Below, piece after piece: positions 14,271-20,000 of a stretch of 20,000 nucleotides of DNA. The DNA comes from an uncultured virus (IMG/VR IMGVR_UViG_3300020577_011874) (lineage: Duplodnaviria; Heunggongvirae; Uroviricota; Caudoviricetes), in IMG/VR virus record IMGVR_UViG_3300020577_011874; one strand, written 5' to 3'. The position numbers and the translations under genes are program-made. Below the pieces are notes generated by a model. The model was not told the origin of the DNA. It did no database searches and worked only from the letters and a program-made list of their open reading frames with translations. The stretch's first letter is position 1; every line of letters starts with the position of its first letter.

Positions 14271-16274
14271 GTGCAACCGTTCGATTTTCAAAATAGTGTT
14301 TTCAGTGTTCCACCTAAAGCAAACATTCCAGCAGATGCAAAGGTCATCTTTGTTTCAGATATGTTCGTTGAAGATTACGTCGGAGGTGCTGAATTAACTT
14401 CAGAAGCCCTGATCAGATCTTGTCCAATCCAGGTTTTCAAGCTTCACTCTAGAGACGTCTCTATGAAGTTGTTGGAAGATGGCGTTGATCGATTTTGGAT
14501 TTTTGGCAATTTCGCTGAATTAAATCCTCAGCTAATCCCCAGCATCGTTGCAAATTTGAAATACAGCATCGTTGAATACGATTACAAATTTTGCAAAGCT
14601 AGATCACCTGAAAAACACCTTGAAGTTTTGGGTGTGCCTTGTGATTGTCCTAATCAAGCCAACGGAAAGATCGTTAGTGCATTTTTCTACGGATCAATGG
14701 GCTTGTGGTGGATGAGTGAAAAACAAAAGGAACGTTATTTGACAACGTTCCCATTTCTCGGCGAGAAAGACAACATCGTCCTATCCAGCGTTTTCGATCG
14801 TGAAACTTTGGCAACTATTGGTTGTCTGAGGGCAGTTTCGCCCAAACCAGAAGATCGCAAAAAATGGATTGTTCTCGGTTCTCAATCGTGGATTAAAGGC
14901 CTGGATGCGGCCGAATCATGGTGCAAAACGAACAACAAGGATTACGAAGTAGTTTGGAACCTTTCATACGACAAGGTCCTTGAGAAATTGGCTTCTGCAG
15001 AAGGTTTCGTTTACCTCCCTAAAGGCGGTGATACATGTCCGCGCATGGTCATAGAAGCAAAACTATTGGGTTGTCAACTGCAATTGAATGACAACGTCCA
15101 ACACAGGGATGAAGAATGGTTTGCTGGTGATGACATCGAATCAATCAATGAGTACCTCCTTACTGCGCCCAGTATTTTTTGGAAAGGCATCAAGAAGATG
15201 ATGGATTACAAACCCACCATTTCTGGTTACACCACTGCTTACAATGCAGTGGTGCAAGAATATCCATTCAAACAATGCATCCAGTCGATGTTGCAATTCT
15301 GTGATGAAGTTTGTGCAGTTGATGGAGGCAGCACAGATGGCACGTGGGAAGAACTTCGCAATCTTCAAGAAAGTCTTGTGCCTGCCGCGGAAAGTTTACT
15401 TATATTTGATTGTGATGAATCACGACTTCAATATTTCAATCAAAAATCTCGATTGAAACTCAAACAAGTCAAACGTGACTGGCGATCAAAACGTCATCCA
15501 GTATTCGACGGCATGCAGAAAGCTGAAGCCCGTGCCATGTGCACCAAAGAATATTGTTGGCAGATGGACTCTGATGAAATTGTACACGAGGATGACGCTC
15601 CAAAAATTGCTGACTTGTGTCGCAACATTCCAAAAGGAATTGACATCGTTTCACTGCCCGTCATTGAATATTGGGGAGGACCAGAAAAAGTTCGTCTAGA
15701 CGTTCAGCCTTGGAAATGGAGGTTAAGTCGCAATTTGCCACACGTGACTCATGGAATTCCAGTGGAACTTCGCAGAACAGATGCTGATGGTCAATCTTAC
15801 GCAGAGCCTGGCACTGACGGGTGTGACATGATTCACAAAGAGACTGGTGAACGCCTTCCTCATGTCAGCTTCTACACTCAAGAGGTCGAAAACGCTCGTC
15901 AAGTGGCAATGTTAGGGAATGAACAGGCTCGTCTAGAATACGAAGCTTGGTTCAACAATGCAACATCTGCAATTCCAGGTGTCTTTCATTACAGTTGGTA
16001 TGATCTTCCACGCAAAATCAAGCTTTATCGTGACTATTGGCAAAATCATTGGAATGCTCTTTGGGACAAAGATGTTTCTGACACCGCAGAGAACAACATG
16101 ATGTTTGGTGTGCCTTGGAAAGATGTTACTGATGAAATGATTGAATCTCGTGCCGCTGAAATGAAAGCAAAGCTCGGGGGTTGGATTTGGCATCGCCCGT
16201 GGGACGGAAAGACTCGTACGTCTCACATTTCTTGTAAGCGCACTCAGCCCAAGGTGATGGAATGCAAAAAATGA
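14271..16274 (+). CDS. Bifunctional glycosyltransferase: N-terminal GT-B (GT4-like) fused to C-terminal GT-A (GT2-like), 667 aa
   Basis: N-terminal half: VGGAELT, WIKG, FVYLPKGGDTCPRMVIEAKLLGC (GT4 signature region). C-terminal half: TISGYTTAYN, DEVCAVDGGSTDGTWE, DxD in WQMDSDE. Confidence 0.87.
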   Translation: MQPFDFQNSVFSVPPKANIPADAKVIFVSDMFVEDYVGGAELTSEALIRSCPIQVFKLHSRDVSMKLLEDGVDRFWIFGNFAELNPQLIPSIVANLKYSIVEYDYKFCKARSPEKHLEVLGVPCDCPNQANGKIVSAFFYGSMGLWWMSEKQKERYLTTFPFLGEKDNIVLSSVFDRETLATIGCLRAVSPKPEDRKKWIVLGSQSWIKGLDAAESWCKTNNKDYEVVWNLSYDKVLEKLASAEGFVYLPKGGDTCPRMVIEAKLLGCQLQLNDNVQHRDEEWFAGDDIESINEYLLTAPSIFWKGIKKMMDYKPTISGYTTAYNAVVQEYPFKQCIQSMLQFCDEVCAVDGGSTDGTWEELRNLQESLVPAAESLLIFDCDESRLQYFNQKSRLKLKQVKRDWRSKRHPVFDGMQKAEARAMCTKEYCWQMDSDEIVHEDDAPKIADLCRNIPKGIDIVSLPVIEYWGGPEKVRLDVQPWKWRLSRNLPHVTHGIPVELRRTDADGQSYAEPGTDGCDMIHKETGERLPHVSFYTQEVENARQVAMLGNEQARLEYEAWFNNATSAIPGVFHYSWYDLPRKIKLYRDYWQNHWNALWDKDVSDTAENNMMFGVPWKDVTDEMIESRAAEMKAKLGGWIWHRPWDGKTRTSHISCKRTQPKVMECKK

Positions 16275-16603
16275 TGCGAGTTGTTGTGGAGTCACCTTAT
16301 GCAGGCGACATCGAAAAAAACATGAGGTACTTGAGGGCCTGTATGAGGGATTGTTTGCAACGGGGTGAAGCACCTTATGCATCTCATGCTTTGTACACTC
16401 AAGAAGGCGTACTTCGAGATGATGTACCAGAAGAACGTGAACTTGGCATTCTTGCTGGTTTCTCATGGCGAGAAGTCACAGAAAAAACCGTGGTGTATAC
16501 CGATCTTGGTTACAGCGGAGGAATGAAATACGGAATTGCTCATGCTGAAACAATTCTTCACCCAATTGAATACAGGCAACTTGGTGGAGAGTGGCAATCT
16601 TGA
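16271..16603 (+). CDS. Small phage protein with a nucleoside 2-deoxyribosyltransferase-like (NDT/DUF4406-like) pattern
   Basis: VVVESPYAGDIEKN, GEAPYASH.LY, ER.LG, VVYTDLGYSGGM pattern; ATG 16271 overlaps the upstream TGA (16262 and 16274 are alternative starts). Confidence 0.7.
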   Translation: MMRVVVESPYAGDIEKNMRYLRACMRDCLQRGEAPYASHALYTQEGVLRDDVPEERELGILAGFSWREVTEKTVVYTDLGYSGGMKYGIAHAETILHPIEYRQLGGEWQS

Positions 16604-16815
16604 CAATCAAAGAATGCGTACTTAAAGTTCTTCAATCATCTGATCAACCTCTTACAGCTTGTGATTTGAAACGAAATATCGACAATTGTTCATCGTCTGT
16701 TAAGTTGTCGTCTCTTTCAAGTTTGTTGACTAAACTCACAAAAGATGGAACTGTCGAACGACACGATACATACGGCGTTAGAGGAGGTTATGGTTACTCC
16801 TTAAGGGAAAGATGA
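16591..16815 (+). CDS. Small winged helix-turn-helix DNA-binding protein
   Basis: VLKVLQSSDQPLTACDL...LSSLLTKLTKDGTVER...GYGYSL is a typical wHTH with wing; start at GTG 16591 or TTG 16600. Confidence 0.7.
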   Translation: MAILTIKECVLKVLQSSDQPLTACDLKRNIDNCSSSVKLSSLSSLLTKLTKDGTVERHDTYGVRGGYGYSLRER

Positions 16816-17549
16816 TGAAGATAATCGGTATCAAACAGAAATTGCAAGAGATGGGCGTTGACTTAGACACCATCACGATGGGAGATTTTGATTACATTGG
16901 TGAATTCACTGCCAAACGTGATCGAAAACCCAACGATCCAAATTACAAAAAGTACGGATCGTTTTATCGTTCAAACTATGAACGTGGCATTCTCATCTAT
17001 TACCTTATTCGTCAATACAATTTGACCTCATTTTTAGAAATTGGATTCGGCCGTGGGTATGCTACTTTTTGCGCCGCGCGAGCATTTTATGACGCCGGCG
17101 TGATTGGAAAGATCACCACAATCGATCCAGAGCTCAACGAAGCCTATGTCAAGGCTTTGAAGGCTGTTTTTCCTGAAGATTGGTTTCGAAACATTGAATT
17201 TGTCAAGGCACGGTCGCAGGATGCGTTACCTCAGGTCAATCAATCGTACGACCTTGTTTACATCGATGGCGATCATTCATATGAAGGCACAAAACTTGAT
17301 TGGGAGGGAACAAAAGACAAGTGGAACAAATTCCTACTTTTCGACGATTATCACCTTCCCAGTAAAGGAGATCCTGGCATTCAATGTAGTCAATTAATTG
17401 ATGAAATTGATGATCCCACAAAGGAACTCATCATCATGGACCGTCGTATGTTCTTTGATGATCGACAATTTTCTGACGACAAAATTGACTATGGTCAAGT
17501 ATTGCTCAGTAAAGGTGAAACAAAGGTAGCGCCTCGCGATGACTGGTGA
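16812..17549 (+). CDS. Class I SAM-dependent methyltransferase (Methyltransf_24-like), 245 aa
   Basis: Motif I FLEIGFGRGYAT, ITTID, YDLVYIDGDHSYEG, LLFDDY; ATGA overlap with the upstream gene. Confidence 0.88.
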   Translation: MMKIIGIKQKLQEMGVDLDTITMGDFDYIGEFTAKRDRKPNDPNYKKYGSFYRSNYERGILIYYLIRQYNLTSFLEIGFGRGYATFCAARAFYDAGVIGKITTIDPELNEAYVKALKAVFPEDWFRNIEFVKARSQDALPQVNQSYDLVYIDGDHSYEGTKLDWEGTKDKWNKFLLFDDYHLPSKGDPGIQCSQLIDEIDDPTKELIIMDRRMFFDDRQFSDDKIDYGQVLLSKGETKVAPRDDW

Positions 17550-17919
17550 TGCAAAAGAAACATGCACTAAACCCCCATGGGGTTGGCGTTGTACTCGTGA
17601 TGCCGGGCATGAAGGTCCATGTGCTGCACATCGTGCTGATTCACGAGTGTCAGATACTCCCACACACATAGCTTGTAAGTCGTACACTGAATACAAGCCT
17701 GAATTTGGGCTCTACAAAGAACAATCAGAAGCTGTCAATAAGTGGATGAAACAACATGACGCTGAACGTCACATCCAACCTGGACAAACGCATCGATTTT
17801 CCGGACCGGTGGGTGGAGCATACACCTATGAGTTTACCAGCACAAGTTTAGGAATGTGCATTCATGTTCGATGTACGTGTGGCGAGGAGATCGACGTAAG
17901 TGACTATGACAACTGGTGA
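17539..17919 (+). CDS. Hypothetical two-module Cys/His protein, 126 aa
   Basis: N-terminal CTKPPWGWRCTRDAGHEGPCAAH; C-terminal GPVGGAYTYEFTSTSLGMCIHVRCTCGEEIDVSDYDNW; overlaps both neighbours. Confidence 0.7.
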   Translation: MTGDAKETCTKPPWGWRCTRDAGHEGPCAAHRADSRVSDTPTHIACKSYTEYKPEFGLYKEQSEAVNKWMKQHDAERHIQPGQTHRFSGPVGGAYTYEFTSTSLGMCIHVRCTCGEEIDVSDYDNW

Positions 17920-18655
17920 AAAACAAAATAGATTCGTTTTTGTCGCTCCGATGTTCAATGCAGCAAAGTACTTGCCTCAATTGCTGCATTCGATTTGTGG
18001 ACAATCATACGATAACTGGAAACTGATTTTGATTGATGACGTTTCTGACGAAGAGAATCAGAAATTATCAGCACAGATCATTCTGCAATTCCAGTGTTTG
18101 ATGAACGGTCGTTACTCCGACAAAATTCATGAAGTTTGGAACAAAGAAAAGAAGTGGGAAGTTGCCAATGTTCTTCATGGAATTTCAATGTGTGATGATG
18201 ATGACATCGTCTGTCGTATTGATGCAGATGACTGGTTGACTGAAATCGACGGTCTCAAAATTTTGAACTCGCTCTATAATGCAACCGCCGCTGACTGTTT
18301 GTGGACGGCACATCGCTGGGGATTCTCTGACAAGAACATCAGTGGACCAATGTCACCGGATGCCGATCCTTACAAACACCCCTGGGTCTCCAGCCATTTG
18401 AAAACGTTTCGAAAACGACTCATTAATGATGTACCTGACATTAACTTCCGAGGCGAAGATGGCGAATACATCAAGAGAGCCGGCGATCAAGCTGTATACT
18501 TGCCAGTTCTTCACAATGCTACTCGAAGAGGATTTTTGCCTCGCGTGATGTATCATTACACAATCAATGACACGCCAGAAACGTATCAGACGCCGGATGC
18601 AATGTTTCAACGAGACGAAGCTTTATTTCTTCGTGCAAGAGGGTACGTAAAGTGA
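17900..18655 (+). CDS. Glycosyltransferase family 2 (GT-A), 251 aa
   Basis: FVFVAPMFNAAKYL, QSYDNWKLILIDDVSD, DxD in CRIDADDWL, AGDQA; SD GAGGAG at 17884-17889. Confidence 0.9.
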   Translation: MTMTTGEKQNRFVFVAPMFNAAKYLPQLLHSICGQSYDNWKLILIDDVSDEENQKLSAQIILQFQCLMNGRYSDKIHEVWNKEKKWEVANVLHGISMCDDDDIVCRIDADDWLTEIDGLKILNSLYNATAADCLWTAHRWGFSDKNISGPMSPDADPYKHPWVSSHLKTFRKRLINDVPDINFRGEDGEYIKRAGDQAVYLPVLHNATRRGFLPRVMYHYTINDTPETYQTPDAMFQRDEALFLRARGYVK

Positions 18656-18888
18656 AAAGATTCTATCTACAACGTAACCAAGACGCATCAGGCGTCTCTG
18701 GTTTGAGCAAGGTTGCCGAAGGTTGTCAATTTGATACAGGGTGGTGCGCACTAGTCTGGCTGACCAAAGCGTCATCAATGTGCTACTATCCTAATATTGA
18801 CACTCTCGAATCAATCCATGGACACCAAGGAATGACACAAGTCATTTGGGTGGATGATGAATCATCAAATTTCGTGGTTAACGGATGA
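18652..18888 (+). CDS. Small conserved-looking phage hypothetical protein, 78 aa
   Basis: RFYLQRNQDASGVSG..VAEGCQF..G...L.W......IHGH.G.T...W pattern recalled from small phage proteins; GTGA overlap with the GT2 stop. Confidence 0.7.
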   Translation: MKRFYLQRNQDASGVSGLSKVAEGCQFDTGWCALVWLTKASSMCYYPNIDTLESIHGHQGMTQVIWVDDESSNFVVNG

Positions 18889-18892
18889 CAAC

Positions 18893-19639
18893 ATGAAAAA
18901 GATTATCGCAACTTTCGCAATATGTTTACTTGCATTTTCCTGTGGCGACGCGGACGATCAAACAAACAAACCTGATTCTGGAACACCTGACTCAGGTAAG
19001 ATTAGTGATAGTGGACCTAAAAAACCAGTCAGTCACGCTTGGGGAAATTATCACTGGGGAATTGGTGGACCAACTGAGGTCACTCTGTCACAGAACCTGT
19101 CTCCAATTTGGCAATCTTACTTAACATCTGCATCAATCGATTGGTCAAGATCAAGAGTGATCAACACCTCAATCATCCCAGGAACCGTAGACGTTCAAAC
19201 ATGTCCACCGACGGCGGGAACTGTTGAAGTTTGTAATGCAAAATATGGTGAAAATGGTTGGTTGGGCATGGCAAATGTCTGGTTTGATGACGTTGGTCAA
19301 ATCACTCAAGCAACTGTGACTTTCAACGATACGTATTTTGATAAACCTGACTACTCAGGCGCAGATTGGCGAATGTACGTGGCGTGTCATGAGGTTGGTC
19401 ATGTTTTAGGACTTAATCACCGTGATGAAACGTTCTCAAATCCAAATTTAGGCTCATGTTTGGATTACACTAATGATCCGGGTGCATTTCCTGCAAACAC
19501 ACATCCCGATGCATTTGATTACGAAGTATTGGAAACGATTTATGATGGCGTGACATCAAAAGATACCGTTCCAACTCGAGTTCCAGGCGCCAGAATTGAA
19601 GATAGATTTATCACCCGCATTTTCCCTGTAATGCGCTAA
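18893..19639 (+). CDS. Lipoprotein zinc metalloprotease (metzincin, matrixin/M10-like), about 248 aa
   Basis: Signal peptide and lipobox-like MKKIIATFAICLLAFSC from ATG 18893; zinc motif HEVGHVLGLNH at 19388-19420; Met-turn position reads SCLDY. Confidence 0.85.
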   Translation: MKKIIATFAICLLAFSCGDADDQTNKPDSGTPDSGKISDSGPKKPVSHAWGNYHWGIGGPTEVTLSQNLSPIWQSYLTSASIDWSRSRVINTSIIPGTVDVQTCPPTAGTVEVCNAKYGENGWLGMANVWFDDVGQITQATVTFNDTYFDKPDYSGADWRMYVACHEVGHVLGLNHRDETFSNPNLGSCLDYTNDPGAFPANTHPDAFDYEVLETIYDGVTSKDTVPTRVPGARIEDRFITRIFPVMR

Positions 19640-19668
19640 TGCAAAGGTTGGTCAATTAGTGATATGAT
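19639..19668 (+). promoter_or_regulatory. Putative extended -10 sigma70-type promoter giving a leaderless transcript
   Basis: TG-A-TATGAT at 19660-19668, 6 nt before ATG 19675; ATGCAA 18 nt upstream of the -10; no SD visible. Confidence 0.45.
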
Positions 19669-19674
19669 GAGACT

Positions 19675-20000
19675 ATGAAAGTCTACGTCAATCGTTCTCC
19701 TGTTTCTGGACCTTGGGGCGGGGGAAATTTGTTTATTAAAGCTTTCCACGAATTTTCTTCTCGTAAAGGAATTGAACTTCTGGCGGGATCTCAGACCATC
19801 AACATGGTGCCAGATGTCATGCTTCTCGTGGGTCTAGAAAATCAAAGTCCTGCTGAAATTAGCGTTGAGCAAGCTATCATGTACAAAGCGTACATGAAAC
19901 CTGATTGCAAACTTGTATTACGCGTCAATGAAAATGATGCTCGCAAGGGAACCAATCATATGGACTCAATGTTGTTGAAGATGTCAGAACACATCGATGC
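19675..20000 (+). CDS. Glycosyltransferase, GT-B (GT4-like), 5' part only
   Basis: Open frame to the window end: MKVYVNRSPVSGPWGGGNLFIKAF...KLVLRVNENDARKGT; the N-terminal GG acceptor loop is typical of GT4. Absent from the ORF track because it is truncated. Confidence 0.72.
   Translation, partial: MKVYVNRSPVSGPWGGGNLFIKAFHEFSSRKGIELLAGSQTINMVPDVMLLVGLENQSPAEISVEQAIMYKAYMKPDCKLVLRVNENDARKGTNHMDSMLLKMSEHID

Noticed and set aside
393..19124. Numerous 60-177 aa opposite-strand or alternate-frame ORFs (e.g. 7478-7795, 11936-12313, 15933-16466, 17394-17696)
   Set aside because: They lie largely or wholly within better supported genes and show no recognisable motifs, so they are treated as shadow ORFs.
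1..20000. Alternative genetic code (TAG or TGA recoding, known in some large phages)
   Set aside because: Genes are full length and tightly packed under code 11. TGA ends many genes with ATGA/TGATG overlaps, and TAG ends ORFs at 6963 and 10092 at sensible positions.
1..20000. Eukaryotic giant virus or cellular chromosome origin
   Set aside because: SD motifs, coupled genes, a sigma region-4 protein and a lipoprotein argue for a bacterial host. Fibre-like genes and the mix of divergent genes without housekeeping operons argue against a chromosome. No capsid or terminase gene is in the window, so the phage call remains an inference.

Overview
A gene-dense window (standard code 11, Shine-Dalgarno sites, many overlapping stop/start codons) that looks like part of a large (jumbo/huge) tailed-phage genome rather than a cellular chromosome. 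The left part (1-14060) is mostly minus strand. It holds putative virion structural genes (1-5118), a PIN-PhoH (PhoH2) protein, a divergent stand-alone Cys-rich sigma70-region-4 protein, an Hc1-type histone H1-like protein with its own terminator, and an Fe-S DinG/XPD helicase. It also holds ClpP coupled to small unknown ORFs, a plus-strand candidate head-internal protein, a strongly degenerate (probably ATPase-dead) GroEL-like protein and a membrane-anchored coiled-coil protein. A 210-bp intergenic strand switch (14061-14270) carries clustered TCTAGA/AGATCT palindromes and is a candidate origin. The right part (14271-20000, plus strand) is a glycosylation cluster (GT4-GT2 fusion, SAM methyltransferase, GT2, partial GT4) interleaved with small phage ORFs and a lipoprotein metalloprotease. 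Most notable observations: the pseudo-chaperonin, a recurring TA(C/T)TTA motif lying in hairpin loops upstream of likely late genes, the candidate origin, and the sigma4-only protein. All functional calls come from motif recognition by eye; no database search was run.
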